A stretch of DNA of 63,001 bases, taken from assembly GCA_964590575.1 (NCBI GenBank), contig CAZPWM010000005.1, positions 1 through 63,001 of the forward strand. The letters run 5' to 3'. Shown here piece by piece: positions 38,047 to 48,861 of the stretch. Each line of letters starts with the position of its first letter. The first letter of the stretch is position 1. The position numbers and the translations under genes are program-made. The notes under the pieces were generated by a model, which was not told the origin of the DNA, searched no databases, and saw only the letters and a list, made by a program, of their open reading frames with translations. This DNA is from an uncultured archaeon (lineage in GTDB: Archaea > Asgardarchaeota > Thorarchaeia > Thorarchaeales > Thorarchaeaceae).

Positions 38047-39135
38047 TCAGCTGTGTATTTCTTTCAGTGCTTTGCCTAATTGTTTCAGACCCTGGATCAG
38101 CTCATCCTGTTCCCCACCGAATCCAAGTCGGAAGTAGCCTTCAAGCTCCATTCGAGAACCTGGAACCGTGAACGTTCTGTACTTGGTGACTAGCAGTTTA
38201 CATAGCTCATCAGTACTCCCACCTCTCTTCAGTCTTGGCGCACCGATGACTCCACTCTTGGGCTCAATCCACTCAAGCCAATCTTGGGATTCCATCCATT
38301 CCTTTACAATCTTGAAATTCATGCGAACTGCTTTCATTACTACGGCAAGGACCTCCTTCTTCTTGTGGAGTACTTCTTTTGCAATTACTTCTCCTATAGC
38401 TGAATTACAAATAGTGATTTGTTCTCTCACAGCTCTAATTGCTTCAATAATGGATTCGTCTGCTACTGCCCAGCCTATTCGAATGCCTGGTAGACCCCAT
38501 GTCTTAGACATGCTTGTCAGGCTAATCGCATTTCGACTAATAGATGCAGCGGGGGGCGGGGGTGAATCAAACATGAGGTCTCTATATGTTTCGTCAAGCA
38601 TTAGGTAGGCACCTGCGTCCTCCGCAATCTCAATCGCCTCTTTGATTTCTGCCTCTGTAATTACTGAACCTGTTGGATTATTGGGATGAGTAAGCGTGAT
38701 CAGTTTTGTATTGGGTTTTACCAACTTTCTGAGTTTATCCATATCCGGTCTAAATTCATCATTCCACTCAAGTTTGAATAGAGTGAGGTTTCTTTTGAGA
38801 GACCGTGCCACCTGATAGAGTGAGGGGTACGTTGGATGCTCTACGATAAGGTGGTCCTTTGGCCCCACTAAATGAGCTATAATCGAGAAGTTCGCCTCAC
38901 TAGCCCCCGTAGTGACAGCAACGTTGTCAAGAGATTTACCCTTGTACTGTTTTGCTATCTCTTTTCTTAAACTGGGATGACCAAGGTGGTATCCATATCG
39001 TAGCTCTACATTGTCGAGATCGATATCAAGCTCCTTCACTGTCAGGAATTTTGTACCACTCTCTCCAATATCATAATCAGTTTCGAACTGGTAATCGTCA
39101 AACCATATCTCTAGAGGCATTCTGTTAAAGGTCAA
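38047..39135 (-). CDS. PLP-dependent aminotransferase class I/II
   Basis: TTGASEAN, HPNNPTG, DETY, SMSKTWGLPGIRIGW, FRLGFG. Confidence 0.92.
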   Translation of the reverse strand: MTFNRMPLEIWFDDYQFETDYDIGESGTKFLTVKELDIDLDNVELRYGYHLGHPSLRKEIAKQYKGKSLDNVAVTTGASEANFSIIAHLVGPKDHLIVEHPTYPSLYQVARSLKRNLTLFKLEWNDEFRPDMDKLRKLVKPNTKLITLTHPNNPTGSVITEAEIKEAIEIAEDAGAYLMLDETYRDLMFDSPPPPAASISRNAISLTSMSKTWGLPGIRIGWAVADESIIEAIRAVREQITICNSAIGEVIAKEVLHKKKEVLAVVMKAVRMNFKIVKEWMESQDWLEWIEPKSGVIGAPRLKRGGSTDELCKLLVTKYRTFTVPGSRMELEGYFRLGFGGEQDELIQGLKQLGKALKEIHS

Positions 39136-39263
39136 TATTCTAACCTCACTGAATGAGCAATGTAATCTGGGATAAATAAGTTCGTGAAGTGATGCTCAGT
39201 CATATAACACACGATTATTAAGGCGTCGCGAAATTAAATCATTGTTAAGCATTTTTCTGTGGG

Positions 39264-39683
39264 ATGCACATGACCTTTCGAATACTGATAGTGGATGACG
39301 AGCCAGCCATTCATGAGGTCATGTTAGTCTATCTCAAACGGTTTCTAGATGACTTCGAGCTTCTGTTGGCATCTACGGGCCAAGAGGCAATCGAGAAAGC
39401 CTCCAAGCTACATAATGATGGGCAATCGCTTGATATTGTCTTAATGGATATGAAAATGCCAGGAATGGATGGTATCGAGTGTACAAAGAAACTCTCGGAA
39501 CTTGGTGTGAAGAACATTCATCTCCTAACAGCATACTTCGATCCCAGTACTGCAAATCAAGCAGCTGAAGTCGGAGCGAATGGTGTAATGAGAAAAAGTG
39601 AGGGGTTCATGTCGGTAGCGAGAAAGGTTGCAGATTTGATTCGAGGAACTAAGGAACCAACTCCTCCAACCAGTCCTAGCTAG
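39264..39683 (+). CDS. Stand-alone response regulator receiver (CheY-like)
   Basis: ILIVDDE, DMKMPGMDG, LTA, RKS. Confidence 0.9.
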   Translation: MHMTFRILIVDDEPAIHEVMLVYLKRFLDDFELLLASTGQEAIEKASKLHNDGQSLDIVLMDMKMPGMDGIECTKKLSELGVKNIHLLTAYFDPSTANQAAEVGANGVMRKSEGFMSVARKVADLIRGTKEPTPPTSPS

Positions 39684-39756
39684 GTCCCCAAAACCCTTTT
39701 CAGTTCTGAAGCATCAGTCGAATTCTAAGCGTTGCTATTGGAGATGAGATAGTATC

Positions 39757-41334
39757 ATGCGTCACTCACCGTCACGCCTATTATTCATAGGTTTCATAGC
39801 TTTGTTCCTTGTAACGATGGCTGGAAGCATCACCACAGCTGATGCTCAAACCACTGACCCGATTACAGATGGTAAACTGTCTGTACTCATTACTCTGGAC
39901 GGACTGAATTTCTTCGATTATAATGTAACAAATCCGCTACCACTGAACATGGATGAAGCAATGTATCTAGATATGGAACTCGCGAATATATGGACTCAGG
40001 ATCTCAACATGAGTGGGTCTATCACTTTTTGGTATCAAGGATTTGCATTGTTCCCTATCCAAATAAAGGATAATCACAACAACAGTTGGTTCAATATTCC
40101 AGCCAACTCTTCAAGTTCCCTACCCGAACCTGTTGAAATGGATTTCTCAGTGATGCTGAATGTTCTTGGCCCCATTCATCTCACTACGGGTATTTTCGAA
40201 GCTACTGTTGACTTTCAGTACTATGTTGAGGGGAATGTGAACGTGAACAATTTACAGCACCGATTCTCATTTGAGCTACCATCAACAATATTTGATGTAA
40301 TCACATCTGTTACTGGTATAACAGCTGGAGTTGCCACAGTTGGTGCTGTCTATGGTGCTGCGGCTGGGCTCAACAGTCTTTGGGAAGGTCTCAAGACAGC
40401 ATACAAGCTTAGGGGAATTCACAAGAAAGCATCTGAGATTCGTTCGCTACCAAATCTAACAGTGTTAGGTGCGTTGCCACTTCTCTTCTCATTGCTCGAT
40501 AGTATGAAGAAAGGTACGAAAGAAGGGCGAGAAGACAGTGGTGTCAGTGAGTACATATTGCGACAACGGCTCCGAGAAGTCGCACCAGACGCTTGGCAGG
40601 CAGACAAATGTCCTAAATGTAAGCGTAACTGGAACAAGAAGTTGGATATGTGTAAGAAGTGTAATTTCACACAGGATGATGCTAGAGCTGCTTATGCCGA
40701 TCTCCTCGCTGAAAAAGTTCCCGCTGCTCTTCGATGGATGGGTAAGAAGAAATCAACAGACGTCAAGACTCTGGCAAAGAAGACAAAATCAACTCAATAC
40801 AACGCAGGTGTGATTGCAGCAGCAATGGTTGACACTGAGGTGACTGAAATTACCAAGGTTGGAACCCCACTTCGTTCCTTTGTCATGAACATTGCAGGTT
40901 TAGCCTTTCTCGTAGTGACTTGGCAGCAACTGCTAGGTGATAGTTCAAGTTCTTGGCTGACTACCCTCACACTCATTGGTGCTGCTTTGTCTCTTGCTGT
41001 CATCGTAGCTCTCTATATCAGTAGGAAAACGCAGATTGCGAGATTCGTCGCTGATCAGGAAGAAGGCAAGAAGATGCTTCCAACCAAAGAAGAAGCCGCT
41101 GCTGAATCGGAGTCTAGGCAAGAGGAAGTTGGGGACGAACCGGAAGTGGAAGATAAAGTCGCTGATGAAGTGGTCGATGAGTACGAATCTGAGGTCGCAG
41201 AGGAAGACACTATATCTTCTGATGACATCGAGTCAGAAAAAGATCTTCCCGAAGAGGGACCAGTAGAAACAACTGAGAACTTAGACTCAGATGATGAGAT
41301 TTATGACGAAGACGAACTCTCTGACGACGAGTAG
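39757..41334 (+). CDS. Multi-domain membrane protein (signal peptide, beta-rich ectodomain, Zn ribbon, TMs, acidic tail)
   Basis: N-terminal signal; CPKC-x9-CKKC; two late TMs; Asp/Glu-rich C-terminus. Confidence 0.75.
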   Translation: MRHSPSRLLFIGFIALFLVTMAGSITTADAQTTDPITDGKLSVLITLDGLNFFDYNVTNPLPLNMDEAMYLDMELANIWTQDLNMSGSITFWYQGFALFPIQIKDNHNNSWFNIPANSSSSLPEPVEMDFSVMLNVLGPIHLTTGIFEATVDFQYYVEGNVNVNNLQHRFSFELPSTIFDVITSVTGITAGVATVGAVYGAAAGLNSLWEGLKTAYKLRGIHKKASEIRSLPNLTVLGALPLLFSLLDSMKKGTKEGREDSGVSEYILRQRLREVAPDAWQADKCPKCKRNWNKKLDMCKKCNFTQDDARAAYADLLAEKVPAALRWMGKKKSTDVKTLAKKTKSTQYNAGVIAAAMVDTEVTEITKVGTPLRSFVMNIAGLAFLVVTWQQLLGDSSSSWLTTLTLIGAALSLAVIVALYISRKTQIARFVADQEEGKKMLPTKEEAAAESESRQEEVGDEPEVEDKVADEVVDEYESEVAEEDTISSDDIESEKDLPEEGPVETTENLDSDDEIYDEDELSDDE

Positions 41335-41359
41335 ATTGAGAATCTTCTGAAAAAAGCAG

Positions 41360-41396
41360 GCGGCCCTTGCTTGGGCCGCTCTTCATTCTTTTCTCT
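41360..41396 (+). terminator. Hairpin between convergent genes, possibly bidirectional
   Basis: GCGGCCC-ttgctt-GGGCCGC with an upstream A run and a downstream pyrimidine tract. Confidence 0.65.
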
Positions 41397-41405
41397 CCAA
41401 TTGCT

Positions 41406-44400
41406 TTAAACATCAGTTGGAGCAGCTGGTATTTTCCCTCTCGATATCTTGCTGAATACCTGAATTATCTTTGATGAGATGAAAGGTATCACAACGAGGA
41501 ATGCAACTGGCAAGAGTATTATGACGCCAAGTTCCCAGCTTGCCAAGAAGTCCATGCTCATGACCGTGGTCGCGCCCACAATCACTAAGAACATCAAGAA
41601 CTTGATTCTGATAGATGAGCTGAACCTCCCCACCATTGTTGTCTTCTCATCTTCAACAATACTTGCTGGTGTACCAGCCTCCTCCATCTTTTCGATTTTC
41701 TTGATGCCCTTGCTCACTTCGCGGTAGAGGTTAATTACTACGACTATTATCGATGATATGTATGCTGTGAAGATGGTTGTCATGATTGATGGGATTGCGA
41801 TATCTCCGATTACAAATGACTGGTCTATGATGTACGCCTTGAACCAATCGATTTCCACACCATAGATCAGTATCAAGAATATGACTAATGGTACGAACAC
41901 CAGATGCCACAGTCCCATAATCATTCTTCCTCTTCTGAGTGAACCTCGAACAAGCACAGCATCTGTAGCATCTCGATATAGCCAGAGTCCATATAGAAGC
42001 ACTGAACATCCGAGGAGTGCTACCGTGAGAAGCAGAGCTACTGCATAGTTGCTTGCTGTATACATCAAGTATGATCCAACAAGACCTGCTCCGGCTCCAA
42101 AGACAATCAGAAGATACAATCGGTCCATACTTCTGATTGACTTCTTACGACCATCCAATGACTTGTCTTCAACTCTCATGGAGGATGCCAGTCGAAAGTA
42201 GATGACCATACCAATGAGACTCAGGACAAATGACAATCCGGCTCCAAGTGAAAGTGAGCTCGTTGACATTGCAAAGTTTGGAGTTGCCGGAGCAATCGTT
42301 ATGATTGTATTTGTGTCCACATCCTCTGTTACAAACTCGCCTGTTGCTGACACTGTAAGTATGAACTCTCCATATCCTGCATTTGTTGGTATATGCGGAA
42401 TGGAAACGACATACTCTCCAATCTGTTCAGTTTGATATGCTATCATTGGGGGCATTCCCATGAATTCCATCACTACTTCGAGGTCCGGTACTGGGTTTCC
42501 ATAACCATCTGTCGCAATAATAAACACAGTCAGTTCTTGTCCCTGAATTGGTTTTTCAGGAGAATACGTGACATCGAACGCTATGTTGCCCAGAACAGTC
42601 AGAGTTCCATTGATTGGGTTTCCTGTTTCAACATCTGGATGGACAACGGAAACAATGTACTCATATTCTCCGGGTAACCAACCTACGGTAGATATGTTTC
42701 CCGAATACACTCCTGGACTACTCACCAATAGATTGTAGGAAAGTGCTTTGACAAAGACCGTCACCGTGGCACCAGCCACAGGATTATTATTCCAATCAAC
42801 AAAATGCAGTTCAACTGTTGTCTGGTCACCTTGGATTAGTACCCACCCTGCTGTCGATATCACCTCAGCCGTTGTTGCTGCATCAGAATATGTACGAATC
42901 GAACGAACCCCAAACCATGGGGTTGCGTGTGTTGCATTAACATAGACTGTGAAGGTATCAGGTCCTAATAGAAAATCTGCAATGACCGACAAAGTGATTT
43001 CTGGATCTCCTGAGGCGGTTTGATATGCTGTATAGAGAGTCCCATTGATGTCAACTTGAATCGAGGTCCAGTTGAACACAGGTCCATATTTGTCTTTAAC
43101 AAACACAGTGATATCAAAATTGGCTCCTCCTTCTACTCTCGTTTCATAGAACACATTACATGTGAGGTTTCCGAACAACTCAAAGTTGAACTCAGCAACA
43201 GGTGGTCCTATTATACCCGGTTTCTGCACGACTAATTCGAATATATGAGAACCAATGCCCAAAGTAAGATTGTGAGAAAAGATATAGCTCCCCAAAATTG
43301 AACTCTCGACTAGTTCGAATACTATTGGACCACTTCTGAGAATTACAATAGCCCCTTGGATTGGTTGTCCTAATCCACCTGTGATATTGAACCATGAGGT
43401 GATTAATTCATCCTGTTGTGCAGTAGCTGGGAAATCTGATAAAACCGTGAGTGACGTAGTCAGTATCTGAACATTAATTGTAACCTCTCCAATCCCTATT
43501 CCTGTTGCATAAGCGTGATCTGCAGTGGCTGAAACTATATGAGGTCCCGCATTCAATTGAACTTCTGTAATGACAACAATATAGTTTGAAACCGTGGGCG
43601 TAGCTGCCTGCCCAACTCCGTCAATCATGACTGATACTGTTGCATCTTCAACCGTACCCCCCAGATTATCGAGAACCCAGATTGTAAGGTTCATACTCTC
43701 TCCCTGAGTGACAAGAGCTGGAGCTTGAACTGATATATGGAGATTGCTGATAACAGTCACAGCATCAACAAAGGTCTGATCCAGTGGGTGATAGAATCCA
43801 TTGTTAATCCTGATACTCAAGTTAGCCATACCAATTGGCCATGCTGCTTCTGTACTCCCTTGATATTTCATTGAGAGCCAGTCATAATAGAACCCATATG
43901 TGTTCACTCCTGGACCTTCTGGTGTCATAAAGTGTGCACTCATGTACACACTGGCATCCTCTACGATTTCATCATAAATGTTGGTGACAGTCACATTGGC
44001 AGTGAATGGCTGTCCTTGCTCTACAACCCATGGAGAATAGTCAAAAACCGCGGTCAATCTATAAAACCAATCTAGATCTCGGATGGCACCAATCACTACA
44101 TCTCCAACACCTTGGACTAGTGGATATGCCGCGATTTCTTGTCCCTCTCCTGGATCAACATTGCCAATTGGTATTGGTACATAGACCTCTCCAACTACTG
44201 CGGTCCTGTCAATATCCCCATTTGCTGAAATTGCGGTTAGTCGCCCATCTTCTTTGGTAAATAGAATGAATTCCTCCTCATTATCACCATCGAAATCTGT
44301 GACTAAACCACTGAGCGGGCTTGCATCTGTAACCTGAATTATCCAGTCGACAGATGGTGGGCCATTTACTCGAGCCAACAATAGCTCACCAACCTCGTCC

Positions 44401-46943
44401 AAGACAACAAGCTCGTCAACGCCATCTTGTTCCACGTCAAATGGATGCAGAAAAGATACATCCTTTCCTGCTAAGAAATATGTGTCCATTTCTCCTAGAT
44501 TCTGCACAGAACCATCAAACAAGTATATTCTAGTTTCTGGTGTTGTTCCCGTCCAGAAGGTTAGTCCGAATGCGAATTCTCCACTCTTGGGACCTAGACG
44601 GTCCATTGTATTGATAGTTTTAGCTTCAATCTTTGTGAACCCAGCTCGTGGTATTGCAAATGCACGGTATGCCATAATGTTCGATCCGTCTACAATTTCA
44701 ATGAAAGTATCGCCACGAACAATGGTCAAGTTGTTGGAGGGTGCGTCACTATCAAAGGCTCCAATCATAAACTGTGGTGCTAAATCACTGTCTGTAGAAT
44801 CTGTGAGGATTCTTGCAGTCCATGAACCACTACTATCCATTCTGGCTAATGTGAAATCATCTGTATTCCGAAGCAAATAGACATCATCTTTTCCATCTGC
44901 ATTTCCATCTATGACCTCAACTAGGTTGATATTCTTCATATACACTGGTGATATCTGTGAATGATATAGTGTGAAATCATTTCCATGTAGGACATAGACG
45001 GTAGTAGCGATATCTGCAGTTACAATTGCTATGGGATCAAGGATTGAGTCATCATCAACCATTCCAGAGAGAAGTGCAAAATCATAGAGTGTACCGGTGA
45101 AACTAATATCATACGAGTCCATTAGCGTCCCATCTGCAAAATATTGATTCAATTTCAAAGATTTTCCAGAAGGTCCAATCTCCAAATTGTAAAGGATAGG
45201 ACTTCCATCTGACATGTTACCCAGTGCTAGCAAGCTGTGTGTACCAAACCTGTTGTACGTTTCTGACTTGTCATGCTGCCATGCAAGATGGCCTGTAATA
45301 ACAAACGCTCCCGGATGAGTTTCATTGTTGGCGTACCCGATATTTAGATACACATCTCGGACAGTGATATAATACTCATAGGTTGCTGCTTCAAGACCAA
45401 CTAGAAATGCGAAATACGTATCTCCGCTGTCCGGAGTGAGCAATTCATTATGTGGCTGAGTCCAGAGGAGCGTTCCTTCTTTTCTGATGAAAAGCTCTGC
45501 AGATTCAACTGCGGTTGTTTCGTCAATGAGAATCTTGAAAGTAACGTATTCATCCTCAACAGTTGGATGAAACGGGTCAAGTGGTTCTGGTGTAATAACC
45601 GGCGCCTCTGGCTCTGAGAGAAGTATGTAAAGATCAGAACCATAGTTGATGAAGATGTCATCCATTCCATTTGCATCTAGGTCGTACACTTTTAGAGTGT
45701 CCACATCCTCGATGAATGTTTCTGCATATGCAAGCTCTGCGTTGCGACCATGAATGAAACAAGGATTATCTAAAATGGTCACTAATGCAACATCGGTCAG
45801 TTCATCATTATCAATATGGCCTGTTGCCAGTGCATTTAGGTAAGAATAGACATCGGGTGTTTCCCGAATGATAGTCCCATTACTTCCGTCAATGAACATT
45901 GCTGTATGCAAGGAGGTTGACACTGCTACAATGTCTTCCTGAGAATCTCCAGTGAAATTACCTACTGTGGACTGAATCTGCCCGCCTACTGGACTGATAA
46001 TTGTCTGATAGATTTGAGATAAATCTGAACCATCATACAACGTAATGTGTCCTAAATTATCAGTGACAAAGAAATCAGAGAGTCCTCCCCCATAATCCAT
46101 TTTTTGAATGCCTCTCGTGCTGACTGACATGCTCATGTCTAGAGCAGTTGAGCCATTTCCGTTGAAAACCCAAATATGTACAGGTGCGGTAGTATTTGTC
46201 AAGACAATCTGGTCTGCACTAGGATCTGAGAAACGACCAATAGCATTGTAGTTCCGGAAACTACCATTTTCATCTGCAGTTCCTATAACCAATCCTGTTG
46301 AGAGGTCCAAAGTGATCATCCAATTACCACCATTTACATTGATGGCTGCATCTGGTTGGGTGTCACCATCAAAATCTCCCAAGCCAAGAAGACTCGCACT
46401 TACACCTGGAAAACTCCATTCTGTTAAGGTGTCATTGTTGAAATCCACAATAAACAATTCGACATTTGCGGTATCAGGTCTCTTTAACCCAAGAAATTCA
46501 TCATGCCCATCATCATCAATGTCTGCAACAATCAGAGAACTATAGAGGCCACTCGGGATGGCAGGTCCTACACTTATATTCAGTGTTACGCCACTGAAAG
46601 GATCTGTGAAGAATAGCTTTTCCTCTACAGTATTAACATATGCAAAACCCCGTAATCCATTTGTACTACCTGGGTGAGCTCGATACTCTCCGGATAGCGC
46701 AATATGCAGGAGGTTGTCCGGTCCGCCAACAGCTGGTGTAAGGAAATCAGTTGGTTCATTGATAGACACTGAATTTGTTACAGTAACATCCGCAGATAGT
46801 ACTGGAATTGTCATTAAAAGAACCAACATGACCACTGATAATAATTTGAACAAATCATTACCCAATGTGCCAACATGACGCTCTTTTGGTCTGAATTTAC
46901 TTGCTCTTCTTATAGAATCAATCTCACTCACAGATTTCTTCAT
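41406..46943 (-). CDS. Giant surface protein with FG-GAP/VCBS-like Ca-binding repeats, Ig-like repeats and a seven-TM C-terminal domain
   Basis: Signal-like segment (LLSVVMLVLLMTIPVLSA); repeats DIDDDGHDE, DFDGDTQPD, DLDANGMDD, DGNADGKDD, DVEQDGVDE, DFDGDNEEE; beta-rich repeats with GxPVxxAxV; seven hydrophobic segments at the C-terminus. Confidence 0.85.
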   Translation of the reverse strand: MKKSVSEIDSIRRASKFRPKERHVGTLGNDLFKLLSVVMLVLLMTIPVLSADVTVTNSVSINEPTDFLTPAVGGPDNLLHIALSGEYRAHPGSTNGLRGFAYVNTVEEKLFFTDPFSGVTLNISVGPAIPSGLYSSLIVADIDDDGHDEFLGLKRPDTANVELFIVDFNNDTLTEWSFPGVSASLLGLGDFDGDTQPDAAINVNGGNWMITLDLSTGLVIGTADENGSFRNYNAIGRFSDPSADQIVLTNTTAPVHIWVFNGNGSTALDMSMSVSTRGIQKMDYGGGLSDFFVTDNLGHITLYDGSDLSQIYQTIISPVGGQIQSTVGNFTGDSQEDIVAVSTSLHTAMFIDGSNGTIIRETPDVYSYLNALATGHIDNDELTDVALVTILDNPCFIHGRNAELAYAETFIEDVDTLKVYDLDANGMDDIFINYGSDLYILLSEPEAPVITPEPLDPFHPTVEDEYVTFKILIDETTAVESAELFIRKEGTLLWTQPHNELLTPDSGDTYFAFLVGLEAATYEYYITVRDVYLNIGYANNETHPGAFVITGHLAWQHDKSETYNRFGTHSLLALGNMSDGSPILYNLEIGPSGKSLKLNQYFADGTLMDSYDISFTGTLYDFALLSGMVDDDSILDPIAIVTADIATTVYVLHGNDFTLYHSQISPVYMKNINLVEVIDGNADGKDDVYLLRNTDDFTLARMDSSGSWTARILTDSTDSDLAPQFMIGAFDSDAPSNNLTIVRGDTFIEIVDGSNIMAYRAFAIPRAGFTKIEAKTINTMDRLGPKSGEFAFGLTFWTGTTPETRIYLFDGSVQNLGEMDTYFLAGKDVSFLHPFDVEQDGVDELVVLDEVGELLLARVNGPPSVDWIIQVTDASPLSGLVTDFDGDNEEEFILFTKEDGRLTAISANGDIDRTAVVGEVYVPIPIGNVDPGEGQEIAAYPLVQGVGDVVIGAIRDLDWFYRLTAVFDYSPWVVEQGQPFTANVTVTNIYDEIVEDASVYMSAHFMTPEGPGVNTYGFYYDWLSMKYQGSTEAAWPIGMANLSIRINNGFYHPLDQTFVDAVTVISNLHISVQAPALVTQGESMNLTIWVLDNLGGTVEDATVSVMIDGVGQAATPTVSNYIVVITEVQLNAGPHIVSATADHAYATGIGIGEVTINVQILTTSLTVLSDFPATAQQDELITSWFNITGGLGQPIQGAIVILRSGPIVFELVESSILGSYIFSHNLTLGIGSHIFELVVQKPGIIGPPVAEFNFELFGNLTCNVFYETRVEGGANFDITVFVKDKYGPVFNWTSIQVDINGTLYTAYQTASGDPEITLSVIADFLLGPDTFTVYVNATHATPWFGVRSIRTYSDAATTAEVISTAGWVLIQGDQTTVELHFVDWNNNPVAGATVTVFVKALSYNLLVSSPGVYSGNISTVGWLPGEYEYIVSVVHPDVETGNPINGTLTVLGNIAFDVTYSPEKPIQGQELTVFIIATDGYGNPVPDLEVVMEFMGMPPMIAYQTEQIGEYVVSIPHIPTNAGYGEFILTVSATGEFVTEDVDTNTIITIAPATPNFAMSTSSLSLGAGLSFVLSLIGMVIYFRLASSMRVEDKSLDGRKKSIRSMDRLYLLIVFGAGAGLVGSYLMYTASNYAVALLLTVALLGCSVLLYGLWLYRDATDAVLVRGSLRRGRMIMGLWHLVFVPLVIFLILIYGVEIDWFKAYIIDQSFVIGDIAIPSIMTTIFTAYISSIIVVVINLYREVSKGIKKIEKMEEAGTPASIVEDEKTTMVGRFSSSIRIKFLMFLVIVGATTVMSMDFLASWELGVIILLPVAFLVVIPFISSKIIQVFSKISRGKIPAAPTDV

Positions 46944-47046
46944 CCTAAGTCAACTCATCCTATCTCGTGTTGCACGCGACTTTTTTAAGTTAAAGTAGCA
47001 TAGACCCAAATTATTCAGTTATTCATGTAGAGAGGAGTTCATACCA

Positions 47047-48408
47047 TTGGTCGAAAAAATCATAGTAATCGGATGTGGAGCAGCTGGTGCTACTGCTGCA
47101 CTCCAAGCACGAAAATTCAACAGACAGGTCGAGATTTCAATCTTCAACTCAGAACCGTATTCACAATACTCTCGTTGTGGGCTTCCCTATACAATATCTG
47201 GGAAAGTCGGTTCATTTGAGGATCTGGTCCTGATGCCGCCAGACAACTGGGGTGCACTAAATATCGACGCACACCTAGGTGTTACAGTTACTAATATTGA
47301 CCCTAAATCAAAGGAGCTTGTGTTTTCTTCCGCAGGTGATGAGAGTACACTAAACTACGATGCCTTAGTTTTCGCGACTGGAGCAGAAAATGCCGATCCT
47401 CCCATTAAAGGACTTGACAAGAAACGGGTGTATGGCTTACGAACTCTTGATGATGCTAAAGCACTATCTGCTGAAGTTAACAAGGCAAAAACTGCTGTTG
47501 TGATAGGTGGTGGTTTAGTGGGCATGGAAGCTGCTGAGGCATTCCACGAGAGAGGTCTTGAAGTCACTGTCGTCGAATTTCTTCCACACATTTTACTCGC
47601 AATGGTTGATTCAGATATGGCTGCAATTGTTGAGGAACACTGTGAAGAGCACGGATTAAAGATTCTCACCAACACAGCTGCGCAAGAGATCAAAGGTAAG
47701 GATTCACCACAGTCAGTAGTCGTTCAAAATCGAGAGACCCACGAAGTGTCTGAGATTCCTGCAGATTTTGTTGTAGTAGCGACCGGAGTCAGACCAGTCA
47801 CAACACTCGCGGAAAAAATGGGTGTCGAGATTGGAAAAAGTCGAGGTATCAAGACAGATGATAAGATGATGACAAATATTGACCAGGTATATGCATGTGG
47901 TGACTGTGCGGAGAATGTTGAGTTCATCACCCGCGCCCCTATGGCTGGGGGTCTTGGTACAGTCGCAGTCAGACAAGCAAGAGTAGCTGGAATTAATGCT
48001 GCTGGGGGTGATGTTACATTCCCTGGAATTGTCGGAGCCAAGGTCACTAAACTCTTCGGGCTGGAAATAGCGAGTACCGGTTTTACCGATGATATGGCAC
48101 AAAGGTTTGAGGTTCCGGTAGTCAAGGGCTCTATGAAGGGCAGTACAAAACCTCCATACTACATTGGAGGAAAAGAACTCAAGGTGAAGACATTCTACAA
48201 CAAAGAGACCGGCAAACTTGTGGGTGGTCAGCTTATCGGAGAGGAGGATGCAGCAATGCGACTCAATGTTCTAACTTTGGGAATACAACAAAACATCGAC
48301 GCATCAGAGCTGTTTGACTTTGAGAACTGCTATGCACCAGCAATCTGCGACACTTGGGATCCACTGGTGTCTTCTGCGGATGCTGCACGCCGTAGACTCA
48401 AGATGTAA
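47047..48408 (+). CDS. NADH oxidase / CoA-disulfide reductase family flavoprotein
   Basis: GCGAAG, single redox Cys YSRCGLPY, ATG, GGGLVGME, ACGDC, YAP. Confidence 0.9.
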   Translation: MVEKIIVIGCGAAGATAALQARKFNRQVEISIFNSEPYSQYSRCGLPYTISGKVGSFEDLVLMPPDNWGALNIDAHLGVTVTNIDPKSKELVFSSAGDESTLNYDALVFATGAENADPPIKGLDKKRVYGLRTLDDAKALSAEVNKAKTAVVIGGGLVGMEAAEAFHERGLEVTVVEFLPHILLAMVDSDMAAIVEEHCEEHGLKILTNTAAQEIKGKDSPQSVVVQNRETHEVSEIPADFVVVATGVRPVTTLAEKMGVEIGKSRGIKTDDKMMTNIDQVYACGDCAENVEFITRAPMAGGLGTVAVRQARVAGINAAGGDVTFPGIVGAKVTKLFGLEIASTGFTDDMAQRFEVPVVKGSMKGSTKPPYYIGGKELKVKTFYNKETGKLVGGQLIGEEDAAMRLNVLTLGIQQNIDASELFDFENCYAPAICDTWDPLVSSADAARRRLKM

Positions 48409-48856
48409 TCTTTTCCCGAGTCAGAATTGCGATGTTATTCAATGCAAACTGAAAGGAGCTTATCTGCGTAGGTGAGCTAGCAACCAGTAGGATTCTATTG
48501 AGACTGCTCTCTGTCTTTGAATGACTGGCAAGTGCTTTCACAATTTCTTCAGCAACCTCCCAACTTGGAATTCGGGAAACCTCTAGTCCCATTGTAAAAA
48601 ATCCTACTTTCTGAGCTTTCAAACCATCAGCTCTCTCTAGAGCTCCTAATGCAGTTGCGAAAATAGGTGTCCGTCGGTCGGGATCGCTCATTGAGATTCT
48701 TGGCCAGTATAACACCTGCTCTGCATTACTCCCCTCTTTCACAGTTATATTCCCAAGCGAAATATCTTTTGTCTTAACAACTACATCGAGGTCCGAATCA
48801 TTTTCGTGTCCAAGCTCAACACTGATGCTGAAGTTACCTATAGACCATCCATTCAA
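48398..48856 (-). CDS. Degenerate macro-domain-like protein
   Basis: C-terminal half (ALERADGLKAQKVGFFTMG..EVAEEIVKAL..LNRILLV) parallels the macro C-terminal half of its neighbour; lacks NAAN and the Gly loop. Confidence 0.55.
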   Translation of the reverse strand: MNGWSIGNFSISVELGHENDSDLDVVVKTKDISLGNITVKEGSNAEQVLYWPRISMSDPDRRTPIFATALGALERADGLKAQKVGFFTMGLEVSRIPSWEVAEEIVKALASHSKTESSLNRILLVASSPTQISSFQFALNNIAILTREKITS

Positions 48857-48861
48857 GACCG

